A DNA stretch of 62,926 bases, filler included, from Reclinomonas americana ATCC 50394 (lineage: Eukaryota): the NCBI GenBank assembly GCA_048213135.1. It is 4 parts of 3 records of this genome, joined end to end, with 100 filler letters (N's around TTAATTAATTAA, not from the genome) between each part and the next. Parts side by side here need not be neighbours in the genome. Positions count along the whole stretch, not along the records: positions 1 to 25,071 come from PS015163.1; positions 25,172 to 47,373 come from PS015163.1; 2 more parts are not named here. One strand, written 5' to 3'. Shown one piece after another: positions 16,497-31,100 of this stretch. The translations under genes were made by a program, and so were the position numbers. The notes under the pieces were generated by a model. That model worked only from the letters and a program-made list of their open reading frames with translations. It was not told where the DNA came from and did not search any database. Position 1 is the stretch's first letter. Each line of letters begins with the position of its first letter.

Positions 16497-19400
16497 CTAG
16501 CTCCAGTTCCATCTTGAGGGTGAGGCCGGGAGCCACCTGCGTGTCACACATCAAGGTGAGTAACGATGCAGGCGTCCGACGTGTAAAGAGCATGAAAATG
16601 AGACGCACTCCGCCCTTCTTGTAAATGAGTCGCATGTCGGGTGAATCAAAGGCATTCACACGGAAGCGACCGACGTCGTGACCGACATTGGTCAACTGCA
16701 ACGAGGCACGATATCTGCACCAAAAACACCGACGAGTCGTTTGAGCGCAAGAAGACGCACACGGAGACCACACCGCCACTGACGACGCAACGTGCAACCA
16801 AGCAGCAGGGTGCCCAGACGGAGTTCGCCAGGGGTCAACACAAATGAGGCCACGCCACCAGAGACCGGCTGCACTCGCGCGTGAGCATCAAGCAAGAAAT
16901 GCGGAGAAAGGAAAACAGCCCAATAGTAACACACCTGTGACGATCCTTTTGATGACATGGTGTTGAGTCGATTCGCAGCAACACCGTGCAGAAGCTCTAT
17001 CGCATCGAGGCGGTGTGAGATGCTGCTATAGCTGCACGACAATGACTCGCACATTTCGTCACCAACCTTCGCCCTTGCGCTCGCTGATCATGCGTGTCGA
17101 GAGAGTCTTCACTTGCCGGCGACTGGCCGCCTCCATGCGACTACGATCCACATTGGGCATGGCTGGCGCTCGCTGCTGCTTGAGGCTGCTCACCACTGGC
17201 ACCGCCTTTCGTGGCTGGCCGTACACATTGTACTGCGGAACGGTACAGTGCAGTCAGCGGCGGACGCTCCTCCGCAAGAGAGAACTCCATAAAGTAGAAC
17301 GCAACAAACTGATTCTTCGAGCTCGCCGGCTGCAGTCGTCGCTTCGCACCACCTCCAGTGCTTGTGCCCTCCTCCGTCGCCTCTTCTGTGGCATAATCGA
17401 TAGCACCCTCCTGATCCGTGGCGTCGTGCTGTGGAGCATGGCGATTAGCGAGCAGCGGCGAGCTTGTGCGCGCGGCACACAGCTCAGCTCACCGGTTGCG
17501 CATCGTAGGCTCCCGCCTCGTCCTCTCCATACCCGGCCGATTCGTTCTCCGAGTCGTCATCGCCACCGTCGTCGTCGTACACGCCCGAGTTTGTACGCTG
17601 CGCAGGCGACTGCTTCGGGACCACTCGACGCGGCAGACCACGCTGCATAGCACGAAACATGATGAGAGGCAGACGAAAGAGAAAAGGAGCATCGAGTCCT
17701 CTGTTTCGCACCTGCAGTGTCCCTTGGCCCTCATCCGTGCCCCAGTACGAGTCGGGGAAAGCTTGCGCCTCGGCGGGGTCCAACGCATCTGGGTCAGCTG
17801 GTCGCTGCTTGCGCACCTTGGGTGGTGGTGGCGGTGGTACTACCGGCGGTGGCGGTGGTGGTGGCTGTGATATATACACAACAGGAAATGAGAACTTGCC
17901 ACACAAATCAATCACATACTCTCTCCGTGGTTGCTGGCGCACCGGCTTCAGCGACTCCTGGTACTGCTCGAGCGCACGGTGCTCCACGTCGTCGGCTTCA
18001 CCGCGCAACGAACGCAGACTCTCCATGTTGATCGAATTGGCCAGCTGCCTCTCCTTCTCGGTTCGCGTATCCGATGCCCCGAGTCCCGACGAGTGCTCTC
18101 TCCGCTGCGACGACCAGTTGCGCCATCGCTCAACACCCGCACGAATCGAGTGCCACTCCTTCGCCGTGCTATTGGCGTGCTGCACCAACTGCCGCATCAC
18201 AACGTAGTGCTGCGGACCGGCCAAGGCCGACGACGAAGACACCAGTTGTGCAGAGGCTGGCGGTGCCACGGCTCGCGGAATCAGCTTGTCGGACCACAGC
18301 GGCGGCTTGAATACCGGCCGGGTGAGGAACGTGTGCGCTGTGACAAACTGCTCGTCACCCAATGCCGGCTCATTGATAATGGTGGTGTGCTCGGGATCGG
18401 CCTGCGACAAACTGTGAGAGAAAATGGCATGCGAAGAGCTAGTTGTACGCGTCACGCACCTGTGCTGCGTGCACAAATGTCGACACATCGTCCTCGCGCA
18501 GGAAATGAATGCCAGTGCCGTCTCGGCGCACAGCATACAGATGCGGGCGGTGCGATACTTGCAAGTCGCTTTCGTCCTCGCACATTTCCACCTGCACACA
18601 CGGCCATGTAAGGGGAAAGAATAATCGAATATCGCGATTGGTAGACGGGGAAACGCAACAACAGCCTCGCCCACGTCGTCCACAGAGAACCGATTGCCAC
18701 GCTGGTCGACGAGCTCCATGCAGCATGTGCCAGAGAGCAAGTTGATCTCGTACCGGTAGAATCCGCGAGTGTCCGTGTCGTGTGAGTCTGCAATACATGA
18801 ACGTCACGTCACACACAGAGTGGCCAACAAGCATCTCCCTCTCCCCCTTCAAAACACGCACCTGCACTGTTTTCCGCGTCGAAATGCCGCGGCATCACAC
18901 CGACGGTGCAGCTGTCAAACGTATCCGCCACCTGCATCGCCACCTGACGACCATCACTCTGCACACACACACACCGCGGGTCAGCGGATCTGCAGCACAC
19001 AGAGGGATCGTGCCCACCGCCAAGCACCTTGTCCACCGACATGGCCAGATTGCGCCAGTCGAGCTTGACTTCGGTGCCAAACGGCAGCTCGACAGTCGTC
19101 AGGCCGACATCGTCGTACACCATCACCGGCACGTAGCCCTCGCGCTCGATGCGCACCACTTGGGTCGAGCCGGCTGTGGAAGAGAGGCGCAGAAAAAGAG
19201 GTGAGCAACAGGAGGAGGAAGAGAGGAGCTGATGCATAAGAACTTACACTTCATCTTCGAAGGCTGCGTTTCGGTCCAGAAGCGAGTGCCGTCGGCGTGC
19301 TGCACCAGAACTGAGCCGTCCGGATATGACACAGTCATGACGTAGTCTGCGCAAAAGACGAGGTGGTGAGCAGGCAGTTGACTGTGTTCTCTTCGCATCT

Positions 19401-20557
19401 CTCTCTCGCGAACGCACCCTCTCGCGTCCGCACACGTCCTCCAGTCTGCGGGTCCAGATTCTCGGCCGAGTGCAGTGCCGGCAGCTCAGTCGAGCGACCG
19501 TAAAAATCAAATGCGCGGCGGTTGCCGTCCGGCGCCGTCTGGATCCACACAGATTGCTGTGGCTGTCGGACACACACCGCTCCATTGCTGTACAAAACTT
19601 GCAACCAACCACCCTCAAAGTGTCGCACCACCGCGCACTGTATGACAAATATCGGTGAGGCAACAAACGCGAGGTGAGAGGGCACGCATGAGACAGCCGT
19701 GCTCACCTTGCTGGAAATGTACGATCGCGAGACCTCGGTGAGCAGCACCTGCTCAGGCTGCTCATGCGCAATGGCCAGCTGTCCATCTGGGGTGATAAGA
19801 ATCGGCCACTCCTCCAACACATCCTGCGCAAACACTGTTTCGCCTGCACGCATCCGAGGTCAGCGAATAGAAAAAGGTGGAGCAGGAAATAAGGCAAGAT
19901 GGGCGCACTTGATGCAAACAGTGAAGCACGAGCGCGGGCCAGCGAAACAATGTCTCCCGCAATGCCGCTGCCCTTGATGAGACGCTGCGACGGGATCTGG
20001 TGTGCGCACTTGCATTAGTCACTCGTTGAATGATGACAAGTGGAACGCGGCTTTCTGTACCTTGGACTGCGGTTCGGCGGCTGCCGACTCGGGTTTGTTC
20101 ACCGGGGTCGACGAGCCAGACTGGAATCAAAGAGTCAGCATCAGCCACTGGCGAGAAACACACTGTTGAAGACGTCACATACCGCATGCAGTGGACTGGA
20201 AGCGGGCGACGCTGGCGAACTTCTGTGAAAATCAAGTTCGCGAGTGAGAAAACACGACATCGTTGACGCAAACAGCAAGTCAGTCGACCGCACCCAAAGT
20301 CGCCTCCCACAGACGATCCGGCCAGCACGCTCGAGTCAAAGCCATCGGGGATCTTCAGCTTCTTCAGCAGCACCTCCACATCGACTGTGGGGTCCGAGGC
20401 CTCGCGCACGGCACCCTCCACACAACGCAGTTGACGCACAACGCCGGTGGGGAGAGCACGCAGCACGAGCGGGTAGCCGGTTCCGTGGGTGGCTGTGGGG
20501 AAGGAGTTAATCCAACGAAGGAGATTAGAGGGAACGGCCAGAGGAACATTAAATGCG

Positions 20558-20592
<35 letters not shown>

Positions 20593-23500
20593 ACTCACCT
20601 CCTGAATGAATCAGCTCGCACGTCTCCTTTCCACTCTTGATGTACTCGACACGCAACACAGGCGGCTGTGACACATCGAGTGGGGCGAGGCCCGACGCCT
20701 CTCCGCCACCACTCGACGCCTCACTTCCGCTGCCGACATGGGCCGAGGGATCGGCCGCGGGTGTCGGCGGAGTGACAGACGGCTGCTCCACCAGAGTCGG
20801 CTCAAAGAGCTCGGTCTTGCCGACAAACACGCACGTGCCGTCGTCCAGTGTGCACGTAAACGTGCACTCGCTGGCCGCCGTCGGAATCTCCACCGCCACA
20901 TACTTGTATTGCGGCGGCGGTGGCGGCACAGCTTCTGCGGATGGCGGTCGCGATACCTTGTCCTTGTCGGCGGGCTTCTTGCCCTTGACTGGCGGTGACG
21001 GTGGCGGTGTCGGTGGTTTCTCCGGGGGGACTACAATCAGAGAAAAGGTGAGGGAGGGAGAGATAAGGGAAAGGGAGAGGGAAAGGGAGTGAGTGGAGAG
21101 AGGGAAAGGGAGAGGCGGGAGAGGGAAGAGGGAAGAGGGAGAGGANNNNNNNNNNNNNNNNNNNNNNNNNNNNNNNNNNNNNNNNNNNNNNNNNNNNNNN
21201 NNNNNNNNNNNNNNNNNNNNNNNNNNNNNNNNNNNNNNNNNNNNNNNNNNNNNNNNNNNNNNNNNNNNNNNNNNNNNNNNNNNNNNNNNNNNNNNNNNNN
21301 NNNNNNNNNNNNNNNNNNNNNNNNNNNNNNNNNNNNNNNNNNNNNNNNNNNNNNNNNNNNNNNNNNNNNNNNNNNNNNNNNNNNNNNNNNNNNNNNNNNN
21401 NNNNNNNNNNNNNNNNNNNNNNNNNNNNNNNNNNNNNNNNNNNNNNNNNNNNNNNNNNNNNNNNNNNNNNNNNNNNNNNNNNNNNNNNNNNNNNNNNNNN
21501 NNNNNNNNNNNNNNNNNNNNNNNNNNNNNNNNNNNNNNNNNNNNNNNNNNNNNNNNNNNNNNNNNNNNNNNNNNNNNNNNNNNNNNNNNNNNNNNNNNNN
21601 NNNNNNNNNNNNNNNNNNNNNNNNNNNNNNNNNNNNNNNNNNNNNNNNNNNNNNNNNNNNNNNNNNNNNNNNNNNNNNNNNNNNNNNNNNNNNNNNNNNN
21701 NNNNNNNNNNNNNNNNNNNNNNNNNNNNNNNNNNNNNNNNNNNNNNNNNNNNNNNNNNNNNNNNNNNNNNNNNNNNNNNNNNNNNNNNNNNNNNNNNNNN
21801 NNNNNNNNNNNNNNNNNNNNNNNNNNNNNNNNNNNNNNNNNNNNNNNNNNNNNNNNNNNNNNNNNNNNNNNNNNNNNNNNNNNNNNNNNNNNNNNNNNNN
21901 NNNNNNNNNNNNNNNNNNNNNNNNCTGGTGCTTCAGCGCCGGGCGGCCACGCACGGCTCCCAGCACCGCCACCTCGTCCTCGTGCATGCCCGCCAAATCC
22001 GCCTCGAGATCGTACGTGGCGAATCCGGCCGTGCCGCCACCCGGCGAGCCCGCCGACATGGTCAGTGAGGCGTTGGGTGCGGCGGCACTCGGTCCACCAC
22101 CACCGTCGTCGTCATGCACAGAGCCAGTGTCGAACGAACCGCCGCCGCCGCCACCGCCCTGCGCGTTCTTGGACGACTGCATGCTGGCCTCCATCAGTCG
22201 GTGATCGAGCCACTCGCCGAAATACGGCGGCGACTTGAATTGCGGATCGTCTTGGTACGACGAGGAGCGCAGATGCGGCACCGCCGACAGGAAACTGAGC
22301 AGCACCAGGTCGTTGGCCGGCTCGTAGCTGGTACGAATCGCCAGCTGCGGATTCTCCAGCTGTGCAAAGAGCGCTTGCGACAAGGCGCGGCGGTCGAGCT
22401 CCTCCATGTAGGTGTAGTCGGCCAGCTGCATCGCAGCACTTGAGTCGTCCAGGCACACGCCATCGCCGTGGCCGGTACGCCCCGCCAGCTGGTCCTCCAT
22501 GCGCAGCAGGCAGAGAACGCGGTCGAGGCGAGCGCGACTGTAGCCCTGCAGGTTCTTGTCCTTCTCGCGGCGGCGTGTTTCCTCGGCGGACATGGTCTTG
22601 CCGGTGGTTTCTGCGAGGTGGAAAAGGGAGGTGAGTGGGGGAGAAGGGAAGGAAGGACAAGGGAGAGAGAGGAGAGGGAGGAGAAGGGATGAGAAGGGAG
22701 AATAAAGAAGGGAGGAGAGCTGCACGGAGTCCTCATTCTTCGCGTTTCTCATTTTGCGCACTTGTGCCTTCATCTCCACTGTGGTTTCTTCTCTATTGGC
22801 CACTTGTCACGTATGTACACGTCTGTGTCTTTTCCCTCATTTTTACACGCAGAACAGACTTGCATACTGTCTGTGTGGGTTCATTTCTTCCTTTCTCCGC
22901 TGACTTCTCGGTCGTGCAACTCACCCACACAATAGACACGCATTCTGTCTGTCATCTCCTGGTATTGGCGTTTGCGTGTGCATGTCTATCTGTGTGCACG
23001 TGTACCCTCTTTCTCCGCTGCGGGCCCTTCTTGCTCTCGCCATTCATCACGCACATAGACACGCATTCTATCTGTCATCTCCGTGTTGGTCTATTGCGTG
23101 CTCGCCACGCACAACGACCCACATTCTCTCTGCATGGCTTCTCGTAGTGGCATTTCGCGTGTGTGTGCATTGGCTTGGTTGCCTGTTTGGCACTCTCTCT
23201 CTCTCTCTCTCTCATTCTCTGCCTGTCAGTCGGCAGGTAGCCCCCTCTCTTGCTCTCGTGCAAGTACACCTGTATCCACATCTCTCTTTCTTTCTCTTTC
23301 AGCCCTCCCAATCAGACTCACCCGACACAGCCTCCATGATAAAGTGCCGCAGCTCGGTAAACATGACACCGCGATCCTCCACCGACAGCGGCTTCTCGGG
23401 GAACACGGGCTTCCACAGACGATCGGCCGCATTGGCAATCATGTTGTACTTGATGTCCTTCAGTGCAATGGGGCTATCGCGAGAAACCATGAGAGACCGC

Positions 23501-25071
23501 AACACTCAGACACACCATCCTCTTCCTTTCTCACTCACCGATCACGCGCCGAAACGCCAGGCAACGGACGGCCGACTGGCGGCGGCATGGGCTTCTTGTC
23601 GGTGCGCTTGAGCGCCGTGGCATTCCGCTGCGCATCCAACAGCGCCACCGTGTCGCCGCTCCGCAGAATTTTCCTGCACCAGCAACAGGGTGAGCATCAC
23701 CAACTGCTCAGCCCAACTACACAGACACACGCAACAAATCAGGATCGGCCTCGAGTGCGGCGACCTGAGCAGAGGAGGCGGGCTTGGCTGAGCCCGCGCG
23801 CCCAGTGATTCGCCCGAGACGGTTGTCGAGGAAGGAGACGATGGAGTTCGGACCAGAGACGGTACCGTGTGCGGGCGGCGTGGCCGGCGAAGAACCCGCC
23901 ACATCACCGGCATCATCCGGCACACCTGAAGCGCCTGTGCAAACACGCGCGGTGAGCAACATCTCTCGTCTTTTCCTTTGAAAACGAAAAATCATGCAAC
24001 GCAACGAATCGCTTGCTCAATCAAATTGTGCAACACCACCGCCGTGCTCAATTCGTCCTCCGCATTCGCATTCATGCTGCGCGTGTAGATGCCCATGTCG
24101 TCGGGGAACACCAAGCCGGCCTCGGCGAATTCGCGCAACGGTGGAACCACAATGAACTTTTTGTTGTCGCGCCACCGCTCAAACACCGCTCGTCGCATGC
24201 CCCACGAGGTGGCCATCTCCAGCACGTCGACGGCGCACTCACCAATCTCCTCCGCCAGCTCCACGCCAATCTCGCGAATCATGAGGTTGCGCAGAGGGTC
24301 GGGGACGCCACGCAGTCGCAGGTTGACCACGTGCTCAATCACGGCCACACCCAACCCGGGTTCCACCTGCGGCTTGTCGTCACCCGGCGGTGGCGACGGC
24401 GACGCTGGCTTCTCGAAGGTCACACGTGGGCCATTGCGCGACACCGCCTCATCAAAGTCGTCCAGCATGTCCTCCTCGTCGTTTGAGACTTGCATCGGCA
24501 GCACCGAGAGCACAAAGGCGACGTCGGCGCGGATGCCGACTCTGGGGAGGGGGGAGAGGGGGGTGAGATAGGGGGAAGGGAGGGCGAAGGGGGGAGAAGG
24601 GGGGGAGGGAAAGGGAGGGCGAAGGGAGAAGGGGCATTATATATAAAGAGAGACAGATAGAGAAGAAAAGAAAAAGGACAAGGAAGAGAGGAATAGGAGA
24701 AAAAGAGGAATTGGACATGGAACAGTTGATCACGAGTTGCTGGGTCACAAGACAGAGACACACGTGCAGACGTCAGAGAGACTGGACTCAACTTCCTCAT
24801 CGCCACCAGATCGGGGATCGAGGCGGGAAAGTCACGCAGAATGAAAATGACTTCTGGTCCCTCGGGCATCCACACAGGCTCCTCCAGACCCAGCTCGTCC
24901 AACTGACCATCCTCATCGCTCTCACTGGGCGCCGGCGAGCCGGACGGGCTAAAGTCCTGCATGCCGGACGCGGGAGCCTTGAGCGTCGACGATGCAGGAG
25001 GAGCTGCGGCCGACCCCGACGACTCCCCACCAACAGTGGTGGGTGCGCCAGAAGCAGCAGCAGCAGCAGCT
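16497..25071 (-). CDS. SPAG17: PF6/SPAG17 central-pair apparatus protein (both ends truncated by gap/scaffold end, about 20 introns)
   Basis: Spliced product has SPAG17-like segments YPDGSVLVQHADGTRF, VRIEREGYVPV, YNVYGQPR, and a C-terminal flagellar PapD-like domain (LRLGTLLLGCTYRASLQLTNVGHDVGRFRV...YKKGGVAPGLTLKMELEL). Identified by recall of the family, not by search. Confidence 0.8.
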
Positions 25072-25115
25072 NNNNNNNNNNNNNNNNNNNNNNNNNNNNN
25101 NNNNNNNNNNNNNNN

Positions 25116-25127
25116 TTAATTAATTAA
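25116..25127. other. Artificial scaffold-joining linker TTAATTAATTAA (stops in all six frames) inside an N run
   Basis: Identical 12-mer flanked by fixed-length N runs here and at 47418 and 56148. Confidence 0.97.
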
Positions 25128-25171
25128 NNNNNNNNNNNNNNNNNNNNNNNNNNNNNNNNNNNNNNNNNNNN

Positions 25172-28100
25172 AAGTCAGTTCCATCTTGTTTGCAGCACAC
25201 CACCTGAGTGCGTTCGAACCTTCACGATCCCTGGCACTGGAGCCGGCCACGGACAGATCCTCCAAGACTGCCGCCAGAGCGACCTGCACCGGCGACCAGT
25301 CGGCGCCCCACGCGCCGGCCTCTGACGCTGCCGGCACATTCGTCTTGTCGAAAAGATTGTCGAGAATGTCTGCACAGCATCGCTCCGTGTCACTCACTCC
25401 GACAAAAATTGTGCGGCCGCACAACACCCATAACCAGCACCACGCAACGTCGCAACAGAGAGGGACGAGTGGACAGGACCACGTCGGGGAACCGACTGGC
25501 CGCGCAAATGCACGCAAGGTGCGACTGCGCCACAACAATGTCGGCGCCACCGGCACAGTCAGGAGCCTGTCCGACAGGCATGGTTTGCGTCCGGAATCGC
25601 AAACAGTAGCGCGCTGTCTGCTGTGCATTCGCAGCCTCGGCCAGCTCGCCAGTCAGCGTGCACATATCGATGAGCACCATGGCAAAGAGGTCGACCGGCA
25701 GGAATTTGCCCACGCCGTCGACGAACGAAGACTACAGCACGACACGCTGATGAGACAGATAATCGCCGGCAAGTGGCGCACACAGTGCATTCGACGCTGA
25801 CCATTGCAGTTTTGCATTCGGCCAGCGGCTCCACCGTTCCCAAGCCACCCTGCGAGCGAATCTTGGTGCACACCAGCAGCGATGTCGGCTGCACACACGC
25901 ACACCAAGGCTCAGCAACACTCTCGATGGCAGCAGCAACGGAGGGAGCGTGTGCGAATGTTCTTACCGACGGAACCGCCAGCACCATCCCTGCCAGACGC
26001 TCGCCCTGCAGCACACGGGTACCGACGCGCACGATATCGGGAAGTCCGCAGACAACGGCAATCAGCGCAGTCAGATCGGCAAATGGCGCCATGTCGGTGA
26101 CCAGTGCGGGCTTGGCGTGAATGCGCGAAAGCGCCGTCCGCACAGACGACACCACCTCCGGCACGCGACGGCTCAACAGGTCCGTCAGCGAGTCGCGCCA
26201 CAGCCAGCTCTCCTCGGCGCACAAGATGCGCAGCATGTCCACAAGCTCTACTGCGAGCATCGAGCGGTACACAAGCGACATGTGGACAGCATCACCGCGC
26301 TTGGACAGAGTGCCTGTTGGACAAAACAAGTAAGCATGCCACGGATAGCAAAGCAGCTCCAATGCTACCACCACCACCAACCATCGGTGAACTCGACACC
26401 ATCGAGTTCCGGCGGGCACAAAAGGTCGCGCAGCAACGCCATGACGCCGTCGAGAATGGCCTGCTGGTTCACGCGGTCGCGCACTCGAATGCACAGCACG
26501 CGTGTCAGGTACTTGACCACCAGCACCGACACCTCGTAGCTGCAGCAGCGCGCAAGACCCAACAGCGTCGGCACCAGTTCGTCATCTCGCAGAGCGGCCT
26601 TCAAACTCTGCACACACAAGATTCTATTTGGTCGACTGTCCACGCAGCGGGGAAGCGTCTTTCTCACAAAAAAACGTACCGCATAGAGGCGAGTGTGGCA
26701 CGACATGTAGAGGAGCAGGCCACAAGCATCGCTGACGCTCACTTCGGCCCGCAGGCGAATACTGCGACTGGCCGACGACCCGTCCACCTCCGAGGCCTGT
26801 ATCTCCCACGCAACGCCACGTGAGCCACCACCTCACGGCGAGCGCTAGACACACACCCCACGGCACTCACCCTAAGCGTACGCAGCGCCTCCGCCAGATT
26901 GCGAGACATCTGACCACACACCGGATACAGCGCCTGTACGAATGCCGACGACGGCCGACTGCCCTGCTTGAGCGCATCAGCAATAAACGTCAATAACGTG
27001 CTCATCGCGGGCGCCGGGGGCACTGCATGCACATGTATGAGTGCGGCACTCAAGAAGTCAACAACAACAATAGAGATCGAGTTGAGCGCACCGGCAATCG
27101 GTGCCTCGTCGCCTGTCGCTTGCAGCGACTGGTAGTACACCGCGAGGTGATTTAGCACGGCATTGCCAAAGTCCGACGAAAACACTTGCCGTTGCAGCGT
27201 GCGAGTGGTGGTCACGGCGGCCAGGCAGCGCATGGCTTGCAAGACTTCCGATGCATCGCTGCTTGGCAGACAATGAACATTATGGTTACACATCTCTCAC
27301 TGACAAGAGCCTGACGCAACGAGCTGTTCATGAGCGAAAGTGCGTCGTGAACCAAGCTACCAATCGCACGCTCCAAGTCGGAGCGCTCAATTCGACGGCA
27401 CGGCTGTTCAATCCAATCCATGTCAGCAACAGAATCCCCCAGCAAGCACAGTCACCCAGGCGACATACCTCAATATTGGCGAGCAGCTCGTCCTTCTTGG
27501 CCACCACCGCATCCGCGATTGTGGAAATGATCAGACCACGATAGGAAGCTGCGATCGGCGCACCGAGAAGCGACAGGAACAGGCGAATGGCCTTGGCGCG
27601 ACCGTGTCGGCGACGTTGACGGCAAGCAATCTGCGACATGTGAGATTAATGGCTCAAGGGCGCAGCGTGAGGAGGCGAGCGAGACGCACCGCCTGCACAA
27701 AGTCGTCTGGCGTCGCCGTGCCGCACAGCAGGTCCTTGAGCTTGTTCACTGAAGAGACCTCCACAACCTGCCTCGGCAGACGTGAGCAAGAGAAAAGAAC
27801 GAATTGGATCGAAGCGGTGAGTGACGGACGCAACATTCCCGTCAGTCAACTGGCTTGTCGCTCGCGCCACGGCCGCCTCGTCGCGGGATTGCAGCGAATT
27901 CAGCAGCGCGGCTGTGGTGATCTGTTCCTTTAGACTCACAGAGGTGGCCCTCTGTTCCATCATCGTCGATAAGTGTCAGAAGAGACGAAAAAAGACAGTG
28001 AGGGAGCAGCTCTGCACCCACCTGCAAGAGACCCGAATCAAACGGCGACGCGTCATCACCAGTCGCCATTGGTGTGCCCGCCGACAGCGCGCGCTCCAAC

Positions 28101-31100
28101 AACACATCGGACGACTGACCGGCCAGCGCCTCTGCTAGTCGATGCCGACAAGTCAGGAACAGGGAAAAAGAAAAGCGGAGAAAGAGGACAAACCGTCAGC
28201 AGCCGGCTCCCATTGGTGCAGATGGGCACACTCGAAGCGAAGCACGGAGCGCGCCAGCTCCACAGCAACAGCAATGCGCTTGCGGAAGTCCCTGCGTTTT
28301 TTAATGAGGAACGAGGTTGACGATCAATATCAGCAGCCACATGCACACGCAACTCAATGCCCGTGGGGGTTTGCGTGAGCTCTTGGCGGAGTTGCACGGC
28401 CCAGGAGCGGAACTGCGCATGAGACCGAACGGTGAGGAAAGAAGCAATAGTGTACACAAGAGAAGGCAAACAGAAGCACAAAATCACAGATGAGTTCTGT
28501 TCTCTCTCGCAAAACGCACCTTGGTCACCGCCAGTCGCCACAACGCACTCAGCGAGTGCGGAGCATCGGTTGCAGTGCCGTCCAACACGGCCTTGGCAAA
28601 CGTGGCGGCCACTTCGGAGCATCCGCTGTGCCAGATGAGCACAGCAGCCACGGTACGCTCAAACAAGTTGGCTGCAGCATACATCAGCGAGACTGAGTTT
28701 TTGCGAGTGTCACACACACACTGCGGCGACTTACCGTCGACACCACCGACGCGTCCCACAGAGAGCGTCCGCGTGATGGTACGCAAAAAGTAATCCGCCA
28801 GCGCACCACCAGGAGTGCTGGTGTCGCCAGCAATGATTTCTTCCGACAGCCTGTCGATATCATTCTCCTGCACAGTGTAGGGGATGAGAACACGCACAAA
28901 CTCTTCACTCCGCTGACAGGAGCACATACCTTCGGACCCATGGCAAGGAACGGTGCGTTGAGCACATTGTCGAGTGCGCGCTCCGGCTCGGACGGCAGTA
29001 AACCGCACAGCAGACTGCCGGCCGAACGGCTCGCCAGCGACACGACACTGCGCACCTCACGCTCCTCAAACACGGCATGCGACACCACACATCCAGTGAC
29101 GCAGAAAGGAGCAACAGGCTGCACGCGACGGAGTGAGTACAGTCGCCCGACGCACGCACGTTTGGTGCAGTGAGCAAACCTCTCCACGTTGCACGGCGCG
29201 AACATGGAGCACACGTCGCGAAGCCGGCGATGCGTCTTCGAATGGCACACGATATCGCACCGCGTCATCAAACGACGCCACATGGATGATGTTCTCGCGG
29301 CCGTTACACTCGGCGACCACCTCCAGTTGCACATTCCTGTGTACCCACCACCGTAAGAATGACTCGGGTCGGGAGCACAGGCTGGCAATCACAAGAACAA
29401 CGAAACGCTGGCACAATGCACTCTGGGTCGAAGCGGACCTCCAGTACATCAGCGGTGCTGTCGGAGATCGTCGCGACGGGCTCACTGCACACAAAAGAGC
29501 GAACGTTGTCAAACAGATGTGTCTTCTAGCCCCTCTGCCTCCAAAAACGCAACAGCTCGTTCAAAGCAAATGCAGAGAATGTCAGCGCATTGCCACGCGA
29601 GCGGCGATCTTGCAGGAACTGCTCACAGAGCGACACGGCACCCTCCAGAGCGGACAGGTGAGACGCATCGAGCTGACCCATCTCGCTCACGAGCCGCTGC
29701 AGTCCATCCAACAGCTTGAGGCGCATGAAACGCTTCCACTGCGCACGCACCAAGTCAGCAATCGACATGGCGCATCAGCAGCAACATACATGAAACGGTG
29801 GGAGGCTCAACAGAGCGGTCGGACGACAGAACAAACACGACCACGGTGTTCAACACCGCCATCACATCATTCGACGCTCGCAGCCCGGGTACTTCAGGCA
29901 GCAGCTCCAGCGTGAGCGCCATGATGCACAGACACGATTCACGCACGCGGTCGCCGAACTCGTGGAAGCCCAGCGTGTCCGAATACGTGTGCGACACCGA
30001 TGTCACGTGCATCAGCAGGTCCCACAAGTCGGCGAATTCACCAGCTGTGCGCATGTACAACTCGAGAGCGCCAAACTCTGCTCGCAGCGTGCCAAGTACT
30101 TGCGTCAGGGCCACTCGAGCGTACGTCACCATCTCCTCACGAGCCTCTCTGCACGAGAATACAGTGAAAAAACACAGCCTCAAGCTGCCGCAAGCACACC
30201 GACACCAACCGTGAAAAACTGTCGCCGGCGACCCACGGCACATTGGTGTCGGTGGCCAGCTGCAAGATTCGGCGCAGCTTGGTCGCACGCTCACTCTCCC
30301 CTCGCACCAAGTGCTGCAAGACAAGCGGAACGCTGCGCGCGAGTTCACGCAATGGCTGTCCGCATTGTTCATGCACCGCCCAGAAAAGCTGTCGAGATTA
30401 AACAAACAAGTGAGCACACCCACGCACACAGATGCTCACACACCGAGTCCATCGAATTCTCTCACCGGCGACGGTGTGACAAAGCCTGCCTCCGACGGCA
30501 CCCAGTAGCACAACATGACCGCCGCCAACTCAGCTGCCACAGCGTCATCCACCGTGGGGAGCTCGTCAAGCGACAAAATCGAGTGCACCGAGCGCACGAG
30601 CGACGAGAGCACTGTCAGCAACACCTGTGCCGTCAGGCCCTCGCGTGCGCTCGGCCGCAGAGTGACGCGACCGAGAACCAGTTCATTCAAGCGATGCAGA
30701 CACTGTCAAGAGTGCAGTGAGAGATCCATAAAGGAACAGAAGAATGGCAAGGCAAGGCAAGGCAATGTACCTGCGCCAGAGACGACAGCGTTTGCGAGAC
30801 GCTCGCCGAGGTGACACGGCCGTCAGCATCGCTGATCATCACCAACAGGTCGTCCGGCTTGCTCAATCGCGCACTCAGCACAAACGACTGGAACAGGAGC
30901 CACGACTCCTTGCTGTAGGTCACCGCCGAGCCCGCAATGTCCTTGAGATGCTGCTGCAACATGGAAGCGGCCGCCGAACCTGCGGCAAACAACACAGCGC
31001 GACAAGAGGTGAGCTGTGCACGCCCGTTAAGGATGAACACCTGGCAGACAGACGCACCAGTGTTCTCCTGCACTCGTGCCGCCAGGCGGTACGTGGTCAG